This document shows, in pieces, positions 1 to 7,526 of a DNA stretch of 64,000 bases (positions within the stretch are counted from its first letter, which is position 1; every line of letters starts with the position of its first letter). This stretch comes from a virus. A program made the translations under genes and the position numbers. The DNA lies in the IMG/VR virus record IMGVR_UViG_3300020473_000017. One strand, 5' to 3'. Below the pieces are notes generated by a model. The model searched no databases. It saw nothing but the letters and a program-made list of their open reading frames with translations, and was not told where the DNA came from.

Positions 1-277
1 CTCATCAGGAGTTGGACAAGGATCTATAGGTGTAGCAACCCAGACATCTGCTGGCGGTGCGTTCAGCTTTAGCCAATCATTCATCCAAGGAGACGTAATT
101 GAAACTACTGCTCCAGCTGTAGGTGCTCTTAGTGACTACTCCAACCAGTCAGCAACAGCTGTTGGTACTGGAACTGGTACAGGTACTGTAACCTCAGCAC
201 ATACTCTAACAGCAGTTGGTGGTGGTGCAGGTACTAATACTACAGGTCAATTTGTAACTGAACTACAAATTAGATAA
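1..277 (+). CDS. Partial (5'-truncated) Gly/Ser/Thr-rich hypothetical protein
   Basis: Open frame from position 2 (SSGVGQGSIGVATQTSAGGAFSFSQSFIQGD...) to TAA at 275-277, directly before the next gene. Confidence 0.75.
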   Translation, partial: SSGVGQGSIGVATQTSAGGAFSFSQSFIQGDVIETTAPAVGALSDYSNQSATAVGTGTGTGTVTSAHTLTAVGGGAGTNTTGQFVTELQIR

Positions 278-278
278 G

Positions 279-725
279 GTGTTTAAGAAGTTAGCTATAG
301 GGGTACTGTTCATGTGCGGTTCCGCTGCACATGCAGTTCCCGTGGTCCCTAACTTCACCCAGGGCTCGATGACGAGCCATACGGAAACAACGTCTACCGT
401 AACGGAGACGATAAATTCCATGGATTATGCTACAGGCTGGACTTATTCTGTCTCTGGGACAGGGGTTGAGTTAGAAGCAGGATCCACTAACGTCGCACCT
501 GATGCGACAACTAATACAAATGTAACCACTAATGGTGTGACTTCAACATGGACTGGATTAGATCTATCATCAGCAAACAAACCGAACTTCGTACAGTCAG
601 TTCCAGGAGCAGCCTTTCAATTTACAGAACATTACAGCGGACCAGGGCTTCAGACGCACACCGTGATTCAAAGATCCACCACCGTAACAAGCGTCACAGA
701 TACGACAAGTATATTCCAACAATAG
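279..725 (+). CDS. Conserved cyanophage hypothetical protein with signal peptide
   Basis: MFKKLAIGVLFMCGSAAHA|VPVVPNFTQGSM signal-peptide pattern; Thr-rich, beta-type body. Confidence 0.8.
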   Translation: MFKKLAIGVLFMCGSAAHAVPVVPNFTQGSMTSHTETTSTVTETINSMDYATGWTYSVSGTGVELEAGSTNVAPDATTNTNVTTNGVTSTWTGLDLSSANKPNFVQSVPGAAFQFTEHYSGPGLQTHTVIQRSTTVTSVTDTTSIFQQ

Positions 726-1612
726 CAGTAGCAGTACTAACATGCACACCTACATATGCAGCTGACGTTGGTGGTGTATCGGCAACTGCAAATCCCATAG
801 CCAACTCTTCGGGCTCAGTTACCAACCAGGCTATACAAGTACTACAAGGTCCATACATAACCAACACCTATGGTGGTGGAATCCAGTGCCAGGGTGCTAC
901 CATGAACATCACACCATATGTGACTGGAGCAGGTGCTTTCAAGCGTCCCTTTGAACGATACTATGATGAGCCAGTGTATGACGTTCATGATGCTGACGAC
1001 GATGGACAGATCGATAACCCAGGAAATGTTTTATATTATATGCCTACTCGTACCAATCAGACAGAGAATTATAACCTTTCATTAGGTGTGTCTGCTACAT
1101 GGTCACGTCCATTAGATAAAGAACTACAAGCATTATGTAAGACAGCAGCTGCAGCAAATATAGAAGCAATGAATCAAGCAACTGCTAACAAACGATTAGA
1201 CTTTGAGATAGCTCGTCTAAAAAATTGTGGTGAATTGATGAAGGCTGGTATCATGTTCCATCCTAAGTCAGACTACGCTAAGGTATGTGCAGACGTAGTA
1301 CTTGTTAATCCACCTGGAGTAGTAGCACAACACACACATACTCTCTCAGCAAATCCAAAAGGAATTACTCCTTCTTCTGTTCAGCTTTCTTCAGAGGTTT
1401 CTTCTTCTGACCAAACTTCATCGGAGCCTGCCCCTTCTTCTTCCGATACTCATTCGTCCGAATCTCAGATTGAGTCGGGCGGTAAGGGGTTCTTCCAAGG
1501 ATGGCGTTGGCCTTGGTCAAAGCCGTCTTTATCGCAGGACGAAAAACTCTCAGCAGCAGATCAGCTAGGGGTTTGGCAAGTAGGGCACTCGCTCCAGCAA
1601 CAGTCGCAATAG
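548..1612 (+). CDS. Conserved cyanophage hypothetical exported protein (true start uncertain)
   Basis: Long ORF; signal-like segment KYIPTIAVAVLTCTPTYA near 710-760; conserved-looking core (GGIQCQG, LDFEIARLKNCG). Confidence 0.75.
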   Translation: MDWIRSIISKQTELRTVSSRSSLSIYRTLQRTRASDAHRDSKIHHRNKRHRYDKYIPTIAVAVLTCTPTYAADVGGVSATANPIANSSGSVTNQAIQVLQGPYITNTYGGGIQCQGATMNITPYVTGAGAFKRPFERYYDEPVYDVHDADDDGQIDNPGNVLYYMPTRTNQTENYNLSLGVSATWSRPLDKELQALCKTAAAANIEAMNQATANKRLDFEIARLKNCGELMKAGIMFHPKSDYAKVCADVVLVNPPGVVAQHTHTLSANPKGITPSSVQLSSEVSSSDQTSSEPAPSSSDTHSSESQIESGGKGFFQGWRWPWSKPSLSQDEKLSAADQLGVWQVGHSLQQQSQ

Positions 1613-2207
1613 CAGCCGTAGTTGATGCTACCTGTGCACTAGGTAGATACTGTTCTACTGGTCCAATGTCCGTATATAATATCACACAAATTTGTTTACC
1701 AGGATTGACAGGATCTTTCTGTAACTCATATCCCGATACCTTTTCTTTCTCATTAGGTCCAAGTGTTCCTATCCTTGGTTGATTAGGACCAGGACAAGGT
1801 ACCTCTTCTTCTCCTAAGTCACCAGTTTCAGGGGTCTCAGGCGTTCCTGGTGGTTCTGGTGGAGGTACAACATCAGGGGGTGGTGCTTCTCTTGTAATTA
1901 TTAATTGCTCTGGTTCATAATTCATTGCATCGTATGATGGATAGAATCCATCAGGACACAACGTCATAATATCTTTAGGATCATCATCAGCCAGCTCAGG
2001 TAGAAATTTTGTCTTTCTATTCTCTTCCTTGTGTACCTCAACACAACCTGGCATGTCTATGATAGGTCTACCAATGAATTGTAGTACACTAGGGTGACCT
2101 GGTGCTACTACTGTTGGAGCATAGATATGAGGTACGTACCAACTATAAATGTTTGGTACACCTATCTCATTAATGTTTCCTACTTGTATCCTTGGGATCT
2201 CGCTCAT
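1365..2207 (-). CDS. Conserved cyanophage hypothetical protein (Pro-rich linker, C-terminal hydrophobic segment)
   Basis: 280 aa ORF with paired Cys, a PPPEPP linker and a basic tail. Confidence 0.75.
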   Translation of the reverse strand: MSEIPRIQVGNINEIGVPNIYSWYVPHIYAPTVVAPGHPSVLQFIGRPIIDMPGCVEVHKEENRKTKFLPELADDDPKDIMTLCPDGFYPSYDAMNYEPEQLIITREAPPPDVVPPPEPPGTPETPETGDLGEEEVPCPGPNQPRIGTLGPNEKEKVSGYELQKDPVNPGKQICVILYTDIGPVEQYLPSAQVASTTAAIATVAGASALLAKPLADLLLRVFRPAIKTALTKANAILGRTPYRPTQSEIRTNEYRKKKGQAPMKFGQKKKPLKKAEQKKE

Positions 2208-2371
2208 TACATCCAGTATTCATCTAATCTTTCTAGGACGTTCGTTAAAATTCTTTGGGCAGCACCACGCTGCCTCTCATCCCACTCAGGATACCAATAC
2301 TTTTCATGGAGACCAGTCTTCATCTTCATGACATAAGCCTCCATATCTACCTTAGTCAATCTGCCATTCAC
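2207..2371 (-). CDS. Small hypothetical protein (54 aa, not in ORF track)
   Basis: Read by hand: GTG start, NGRLTKVDMEAYVMKMKTGLHEKYWYPEWDERQRGAAQRILTNVLERLDEYWM*; its stop overlaps the next ATG (TAATG coupling). Confidence 0.7.
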   Translation of the reverse strand: MNGRLTKVDMEAYVMKMKTGLHEKYWYPEWDERQRGAAQRILTNVLERLDEYWM

Positions 2372-2582
2372 GGTAGAGTTCCTCACGTTTCATGTTATGT
2401 AGGTAGTCTAGTACATGATTGCGTACCATCATCAGCTCATGATAACATTTCTGGTTGTGGGCACAACTTCTTAGTTGATGATCAGGTTTGTGAAGAGATT
2501 CTAGAAGGATGCTTAACGCTCTTTCTATCTTCTCTTCCCTAGTTTCCTCACCATCAACACTATTTTGATCTTTTGATGCCAC
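2352..2582 (-). CDS. Hypothetical protein
   Basis: 76 aa ORF packed within the operon; LRSCAHNQKCY motif. Confidence 0.7.
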   Translation of the reverse strand: MASKDQNSVDGEETREEKIERALSILLESLHKPDHQLRSCAHNQKCYHELMMVRNHVLDYLHNMKREELYREWQID

Positions 2583-2584
2583 TA

Positions 2585-2824
2585 CTATAGAGGAAGTCCT
2601 AGTCCTGCAGCAGGTGCTCCTGGAGGTGCTTGTGCAGGTCCAGTTACGTCAGGTAGTGCTCCACCAACTGCGGGACCAAGTGCACCAGCCACGCTATCCA
2701 TGACTTGAGACTTGACATTATCAATAATTTTTCCACGGTTGGCATATAAAGTAACGCCACCAATAACAACGGCACCAGATACAGCGAAGCTCGCAATAGC
2801 AAGTACATTTACAATTTTTTGCAT
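2585..2824 (-). CDS. Small single-TM membrane protein
   Basis: Likely start MQKIVNVLAIASFAVSGAVV; Pro/Gly-rich tail. Confidence 0.75.
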   Translation of the reverse strand: MQKIVNVLAIASFAVSGAVVIGGVTLYANRGKIIDNVKSQVMDSVAGALGPAVGGALPDVTGPAQAPPGAPAAGLGLPL

Positions 2825-2828
2825 GGTT

Positions 2829-3290
2829 CTACATTGTGAATTTTTCAGGGGGTTTTGAATCAGTAGTGATTTTAAGAGGTGCTTGCTCAACTCTAATAGT
2901 TTGAACAGGACCAGCACTAACTTTAGCCATGATCGCTTCAATGTCTTTAGCAGTAACAGGTGGAGGTCCACCGTTAGGACTACCATTGCCATTCATCTTC
3001 ATAGTACCATCACCTTTCTTAGATGCGGTCTGAATTCCGAAGCTAGCTAAAACTCCAGTAAAAACTGAAGCTATAAATGTCGGATCTATTTTTTGTTGAG
3101 GTACTCCTGGAATCGACACGTAATTTAACGTCAAGATTCCGCCCGACCAGGCCAATACGGTAATACGGACAGCTGTACTTATGATAGCTGCTTGTTCCTC
3201 GGCATCAGGGAGTATTGCATCCTTGATCTTACCTAATGGACCTTTCGGTTTATCTTTCTTTTTTACTTCCTCCTTTACGGGGTCAGTCAT
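2829..3290 (-). CDS. Conserved cyanophage membrane protein (2 TM segments)
   Basis: Hydrophobic segments VRITVLAWSGGILTLNY and IDPTFIASVFTGVLASFGI. Confidence 0.75.
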   Translation of the reverse strand: MTDPVKEEVKKKDKPKGPLGKIKDAILPDAEEQAAIISTAVRITVLAWSGGILTLNYVSIPGVPQQKIDPTFIASVFTGVLASFGIQTASKKGDGTMKMNGNGSPNGGPPPVTAKDIEAIMAKVSAGPVQTIRVEQAPLKITTDSKPPEKFTM

Positions 3291-3323
3291 AAACAGTATT
3301 GTCGCTGTTTATATATAGCCCGA

Positions 3324-4133
3324 TTATATCACAGTATCCTTGATGCTGTCAAGATATTTCTTCTTCGATCCCTTAATCGTCTTCCAATCATCGTTAATTG
3401 CTGCATCAATGAACTTAGTAATGAGACTAGTATCCTCACCATTTTCATTCATTGTTTTAAACATATCTGGGAAATCATTACCAGCAAATACACTCTCATA
3501 CTTTGCAGCAGTCTTCTTATTGAAATCAGAAACCAATTTCTTATCCCAATGGTAGATTAGATTAAAGATACCAGACTGTTGCTGATAACATACTCCATCC
3601 ATAATCATCCACTGTGAATCCCACCACCTTCTTTTCTCTGTAGGTAATGCACGTTGAGCAGGTGACCTCCATACTGCTGTAATCTCTTCAACCTTACCAA
3701 CTAATTTAATAGGTTCAGGTACAAATATAACACTCTTCTCTACTCCACCAAGTGTAATGACTTTATCATTACCCTTGTACATATATCTCTTAGGTTGGAA
3801 GTCAGCACCAAACAACTTAGTAGTACTGTAGTCACTCATATCTTCATAGAAGACTACTGTACCCCTAATCAATACAACAGGCAGTCTACTGTTACTACAA
3901 ATAGTATGGTGTAACTGTGACTGCCTTATTGATGGTGGATATTGTACGAACTTATGTCCTCCCTTTCCGCACTGAGATTTAATCTCCTTAGTTACGTCTA
4001 GGTTAGTACCAATGAAATGAACTATTGCTTTCTTTCCTGGAAAGCCTACATCCAAAGTTCTTAATGCTGTGGTCGCTGTCTTGACGACAGAACTATTATC
4101 TGCCTTAACAACTATATGTGGTTGCCAATCCAT
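3324..4133 (-). CDS. Hypothetical protein
   Basis: 269 aa ORF preceded by a TAAATA late-promoter-like sequence. Confidence 0.7.
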   Translation of the reverse strand: MDWQPHIVVKADNSSVVKTATTALRTLDVGFPGKKAIVHFIGTNLDVTKEIKSQCGKGGHKFVQYPPSIRQSQLHHTICSNSRLPVVLIRGTVVFYEDMSDYSTTKLFGADFQPKRYMYKGNDKVITLGGVEKSVIFVPEPIKLVGKVEEITAVWRSPAQRALPTEKRRWWDSQWMIMDGVCYQQQSGIFNLIYHWDKKLVSDFNKKTAAKYESVFAGNDFPDMFKTMNENGEDTSLITKFIDAAINDDWKTIKGSKKKYLDSIKDTVI

Positions 4134-4148
4134 TTATACAAAAGCTTT

Positions 4149-4298
4149 TTATTTATTTAGCTTGTCATCCAGTGAATGAATTGGTGGTCCCAATGTCTTG
4201 TACTCCAATTGCATCTGAAGGAAAGCAACTTCTTCCCTAAGTTCCTCGTTCTCTTTCTCCAGCAAATCACAATGCTCTTGATAGATAATTACACTCAT
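4149..4298 (-). CDS. Small coiled-coil hypothetical protein (49 aa, not in ORF track)
   Basis: Read by hand: MSVIIYQEHCDLLEKENEELREEVAFLQMQLEYKTLGPPIHSLDDKLNK*. Confidence 0.7.
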   Translation of the reverse strand: MSVIIYQEHCDLLEKENEELREEVAFLQMQLEYKTLGPPIHSLDDKLNK

Positions 4299-4310
4299 GG
4301 GTTTTTAGAT

Positions 4311-4469
4311 TCAAATATCGCAGATGCCATCCATAATAGATGGATCGTGTGGAACCATCATATATTTGTTACCATCTGGTTTAGTTACCAGTATAGCTTC
4401 ACCTTCCTCTGCTAATTTTATGTAGTGATTTTCTTTTTCCTTAAGATCTGATTCGTTAATTTCAATCAT
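4311..4469 (-). CDS. Small protein resembling a Phd/YefM-type N-terminal domain (52 aa, not in ORF track)
   Basis: MIEINESDLKEKENHYIKLAEEGEAILVTKPDGNKYMMVP...; ATGA overlap with the upstream gene. Confidence 0.6.
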   Translation of the reverse strand: MIEINESDLKEKENHYIKLAEEGEAILVTKPDGNKYMMVPHDPSIMDGICDI

Positions 4470-5209
4470 TGTTGTACCTTCCATAAAGTTCCAGCAGGAA
4501 TTGCACCTAGTGGTCCAATTAAATCTATACGTTTGTGATTACATTCTAAACCTATGGTCTTGGTCTCGCCAAGATAAGCAGTTGGTTCTATAGATGGACA
4601 ACCTATAAAGGTAGATCTATGAGTCGTATCAGAAAGAAATCCTCTACGAGGTATTCCAACTCTCTCCATATAGTTTGGTTTGTATCCCCATACATTATAC
4701 CATAAAGAAGTGCGACCTTTACTTCCTGGTAATATCCCGTGTATATAGGTGGGATCATATGCAACCATCTTACCTCTAGAAGGGTAAGAAAAGACTGCTT
4801 CTGTAGGTGGCCAAGGTTCTACATGTCTCTCAAACTTACTCTTGTGTTGAGCATTTAAAAAGATAGTTGGATTGCTATCTTGATCAAAGTATGTACATGT
4901 AGATAATAATGGATACTTCATCTCACCTTCTTGTATTCGATGAGCTTCATCATGATCAGCATGAAATGTAATCATACTTCTATCATTATCCATGACATGA
5001 AACCACCATTCAAATCCAACTACACCATGAAACTGATCCTCAAATAAAAATGAGTATGAATCTAAGATGTATGCTTCAATTGCATTGTCAGGTTCATCAT
5101 GTATACCTATCCAAGCATTACGACTAAGAGGATTAAAGTCACGGATCTCATGGAGTATCTTAAGACAAGAAAATCCATTCACAATCTTTTCAAACTGATA
5201 AACGTTCAT
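4466..5209 (-). CDS. 2OG-Fe(II) oxygenase-like protein
   Basis: HxD (FHADHD), distal His (YIHGI) and RTSL. Confidence 0.7.
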   Translation of the reverse strand: MNVYQFEKIVNGFSCLKILHEIRDFNPLSRNAWIGIHDEPDNAIEAYILDSYSFLFEDQFHGVVGFEWWFHVMDNDRSMITFHADHDEAHRIQEGEMKYPLLSTCTYFDQDSNPTIFLNAQHKSKFERHVEPWPPTEAVFSYPSRGKMVAYDPTYIHGILPGSKGRTSLWYNVWGYKPNYMERVGIPRRGFLSDTTHRSTFIGCPSIEPTAYLGETKTIGLECNHKRIDLIGPLGAIPAGTLWKVQQ

Positions 5210-5448
5210 CGAATGTCTACATCAATTAATCTAGTTCTTCTTTTCCTAGGTGCATCTGTTCCCAACTTAAGTTCTGGTTCTATCTTAGGTGGTTTAGGTG
5301 TAGTTACTTGAACTACCTCACTTAAATTATTACCACCCATTATATCACCTCTTACATAAGTTTGGTTGGAACAACCACACACTTTGTAATCATGTTCATG
5401 CAGTGAAGTAATAGTTTCGTTACACTTATTGCAGCGTACTGTTATCAT
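5206..5448 (-). CDS. Zn-ribbon small protein
   Basis: CNKC...CGC motif. Confidence 0.7.
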   Translation of the reverse strand: MITVRCNKCNETITSLHEHDYKVCGCSNQTYVRGDIMGGNNLSEVVQVTTPKPPKIEPELKLGTDAPRKRRTRLIDVDIR

Positions 5449-5938
5449 CGGTCTTTTGAATATCTAAAAATAGAAACACCATATCGTTTTCTGAATGATT
5501 ATAACCAGAGTGAGGATGATCCATAACATCCCACACCTGTGCTTCTCCATCGTGCCAGTGAACAATTTCTCCAGTCTCTTCCCAGATCATATATTGTTCA
5601 GGACATACGCTCAATGGAATCTGTATCCTCCTATAAGGTTTATCATATACATCTGGATCTTTGTGTTTCGGTAAATCTGTATCGGGAGTGAAGACTGCTA
5701 CTGTTGCAAGCAGTATCTCTTCCTGTTGTAATATTTCTAATGCTCTAGGATCATCAACAACACTTTCTCTGACACCACCATGAGTATCTCTTCTTGCCTT
5801 GAGCCAACAGAAGTATATATCTTTATCATCTCCTGTATTACTATCCTTTGCATAACCAACAGAGGTTGGTGCCTTTCTCAAAGGAAATTCAGTACGAGAT
5901 GCCCAATCATATAGGTAATCTACGTCAGATTTCTTCAT
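5426..5938 (-). CDS. Aspartyl/asparaginyl beta-hydroxylase-like 2OG-Fe(II) protein
   Basis: LPKHKD, RIQIPL, HPHSGYN, FLFLD. Confidence 0.75.
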   Translation of the reverse strand: MKKSDVDYLYDWASRTEFPLRKAPTSVGYAKDSNTGDDKDIYFCWLKARRDTHGGVRESVVDDPRALEILQQEEILLATVAVFTPDTDLPKHKDPDVYDKPYRRIQIPLSVCPEQYMIWEETGEIVHWHDGEAQVWDVMDHPHSGYNHSENDMVFLFLDIQKTDDNSTLQ

Positions 5939-6113
5939 CTCTAACCAATGCTAATAATGTAGGGTTGTCTTCTTCAATCCACTCGTGCCATTCATTATAC
6001 AATGCAAACATATCATCATACTGTTTGTCTAATATAAGTTCATCACTACGATTCTGCATCCATTCCAACAGTCTATGACACTGCTCTTTAAGTATCGGTG
6101 GTGCGTTGTTCAT
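5925..6113 (-). CDS. Hypothetical protein
   Basis: 62 aa ORF overlapping both neighbours. Confidence 0.65.
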   Translation of the reverse strand: MNNAPPILKEQCHRLLEWMQNRSDELILDKQYDDMFALYNEWHEWIEEDNPTLLALVRDEEI

Positions 6114-6564
6114 TGAAATAATCCTTCTTCATATAGCGTCCGAGAATGTTTGAATTATAAAAATTCTCATCCTCACTCAGTACATTATTTAGGAACAATT
6201 GTCTGGTCTCTTCGTAGTTTACCCACCCCTTTGTCCTGTGGAGACTGAGGATTTCTCTTCTGAAAATTGAGCGTCCAAGTTTCTTAACGTCGTCTGTAAG
6301 CTGTTTAGAACTTCCGTAGTAGCGTTTCCAGTCACTCTCAGACGTAACTTTGCGTTTCCCACCTCTAGGCTTTCTACTACTGGTAAAGTACTTGCGGCCG
6401 ATGTACTTCCTACCCGTTGTGAGATTTGTAATACAGTAGACGTAACCGAAGAAGCCGTTAATGTCAGAAGAAGTAAAAGTTGTACCCTTATAGGTCCAGG
6501 GGTTCTCATAGTCTCCTTCCAAAGTTTGCTGATCTGTTTCATTATTAGTCTGGATAGCCGTCAT
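6088..6564 (-). CDS. GIY-YIG endonuclease (T4 Endo II/Seg-like); start may be TTG at 6522
   Basis: GYVYCITNLTTGRKYIGRK...WKRYYGS...E...FYN. Confidence 0.8.
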   Translation of the reverse strand: MTAIQTNNETDQQTLEGDYENPWTYKGTTFTSSDINGFFGYVYCITNLTTGRKYIGRKYFTSSRKPRGGKRKVTSESDWKRYYGSSKQLTDDVKKLGRSIFRREILSLHRTKGWVNYEETRQLFLNNVLSEDENFYNSNILGRYMKKDYFNEQRTTDT

Positions 6565-6697
6565 CGTCATCACCACTATACCATTGATCACCATTTTTGT
6601 CAAGATAAGAATCTTTATCTGCGTAAACTTCTACCTTTAATTCTGTTAATAACTCCTCAAGTTGATCTATTAATATTTTTAATCTTCCTTTTTGCAT
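6545..6697 (-). CDS. Small acidic hypothetical protein (50 aa, not in ORF track)
   Basis: Read by hand: MQKGRLKILIDQLEELLTELKVEVYADKDSYLDKNGDQWYSGDDDDGYPD*. Confidence 0.7.
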   Translation of the reverse strand: MQKGRLKILIDQLEELLTELKVEVYADKDSYLDKNGDQWYSGDDDDGYPD

Positions 6698-6735
6698 AAA
6701 AAATATCCCCGATTACAATATGTAGTCAGGGATAA
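6697..6735 (-). terminator. Intrinsic terminator after the DUF4278 gene
   Basis: Minus strand: TATCCCTGACTACA-TAT-TGTAATCGGGGATA followed by a T run. Confidence 0.65.
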
Positions 6736-6754
6736 GTTTAGAATAAGCAAGTGT

Positions 6755-6889
6755 CTAAGGGGTGACTACACAGTACTCTTTTTCCTGTGAGTGCTTGATC
6801 CCCCTGTAGGTCAGATCAGTTTTGATCTTCTGACAAGATTTCTTGTCATTGGTGTCATAAGTGACACCACGGTAAGTGACTTGTGCCAT
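6755..6889 (-). CDS. DUF4278-family small protein (44 aa, not in ORF track)
   Basis: MAQVTYRGVTYDTNDKKSCQKIKTDLTYRGIKHSQEKEYCVVTP*; duplicated (L/V)TYRG(V/I) motif; AGGAG RBS upstream. Confidence 0.85.
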   Translation of the reverse strand: MAQVTYRGVTYDTNDKKSCQKIKTDLTYRGIKHSQEKEYCVVTP

Positions 6890-6922
6890 GGAATTACTCC
6901 TAAAGTAGTTGGGTTTTTAATC

Positions 6923-7110
6923 CGTTCCTTTAGTCGTTTGCGTCCCAACAACCTGGTTCAGTGTTTGCTTTAATAACTTCTGTTAGTTCTTCTTGAGCCT
7001 CCTTTGAGAGATAACTGTTAGTTACAGCATTCTCTAAGAGATGATCAGCACCTTGACAGGTTAGAACTAAAGTACCAAAACTAGCAATGAGTAGGTTCAT
7101 GAGATGAACG
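6923..7110 (-). ncRNA. Glutamine riboswitch-like aptamer 2 (Downstream-peptide/glnA class) with an ORF in its P2 loop
   Basis: CGTTCA-TCTC-[~145 nt]-GGGA-CGCAAACGACTAAA-GGAACG; P1 CGTTC/GAACG; lies upstream of the DUF4278 gene. Confidence 0.65.
6930..7100 (-). CDS. Small hypothetical protein nested in the riboswitch (56 aa, not in ORF track)
   Basis: MNLLIASFGTLVLTCQGADHLLENAVTNSYLSKEAQEELTEVIKANTEPGCWDAND*; hydrophobic N-terminus and two Cys. Confidence 0.7.
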   Translation of the reverse strand: MNLLIASFGTLVLTCQGADHLLENAVTNSYLSKEAQEELTEVIKANTEPGCWDAND

Positions 7111-7114
7111 TATC

Positions 7115-7152
7115 CGTTCCGCGACTTACTTGCGACCCTAATGGGTTGAACG
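7115..7152 (-). ncRNA. Glutamine riboswitch-like aptamer 1
   Basis: CGTTCA-ACCC-ATTA-GGGT-CGCAAGTAAGTCGC-GGAACG: P1 CGTTC/GAACG, P2 ACCC/GGGT and a CGCA junction. Confidence 0.75.
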
Positions 7153-7190
7153 TATGTGCTAATACTAACACAGTTATACTATATAGTCAA
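7152..7190 (-). promoter_or_regulatory. Sigma70-type promoter overlapped by an NtcA-like box
   Basis: TTGACT-N17-TAGTAT; GTA-TTAGCACA-TAC (7152-7165) overlaps the -10 element and start region. Confidence 0.6.
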
Positions 7191-7411
7191 CCTTTTTCGT
7201 ATCTCTTGATACTTTTTTCCCATTCTTGTAACGAACTGCTACAGTCTGGGGGTTCAGGTTCTTTATATCCCTTCATCTTCTTCCACTTGTTATACAATGC
7301 ACCTAGTATCCATGACTGCGATAAACTTTTAGGTCCATTCTCAAGTAATTCAAGATACTTTTTATTGCTTGTATATGCTTTATACTCTTCTCTCCAATTA
7401 GTATCATCCAC
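7187..7411 (-). CDS. Conserved cyanophage hypothetical protein
   Basis: GTG start DDTNWREEYKAY...GPKSLSQSW...PPDCSSS. Confidence 0.7.
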   Translation of the reverse strand: MDDTNWREEYKAYTSNKKYLELLENGPKSLSQSWILGALYNKWKKMKGYKEPEPPDCSSSLQEWEKSIKRYEKG

Positions 7412-7526
7412 CAGCAAAATCCTCCCACTTATCACAACAGGATTCTTTATATGCTCTTATCATATCATCAAGTTCCCATTCTATTTTATCAGAGGGAGAA
7501 TCCTGAGAAGGTGTCTCCTTCGACAT
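7404..7526 (-). CDS. Small acidic ORF overlapping the nrdB 3' end (40 aa)
   Basis: Read by hand: MSKETPSQDSPSDKIEWELDDMIRAYKESCCDKWEDFAGG*; fills the gap between nrdB and the next gene. Confidence 0.45.
   Translation of the reverse strand: MSKETPSQDSPSDKIEWELDDMIRAYKESCCDKWEDFAGG

Noticed and set aside
6088-6603. GIY-YIG gene as a mobile homing endonuclease
   Set aside because: It is short, catalytic-domain only, and lacks a C-terminal DNA-binding extension; it fits the conserved Endo II-like phage gene better.
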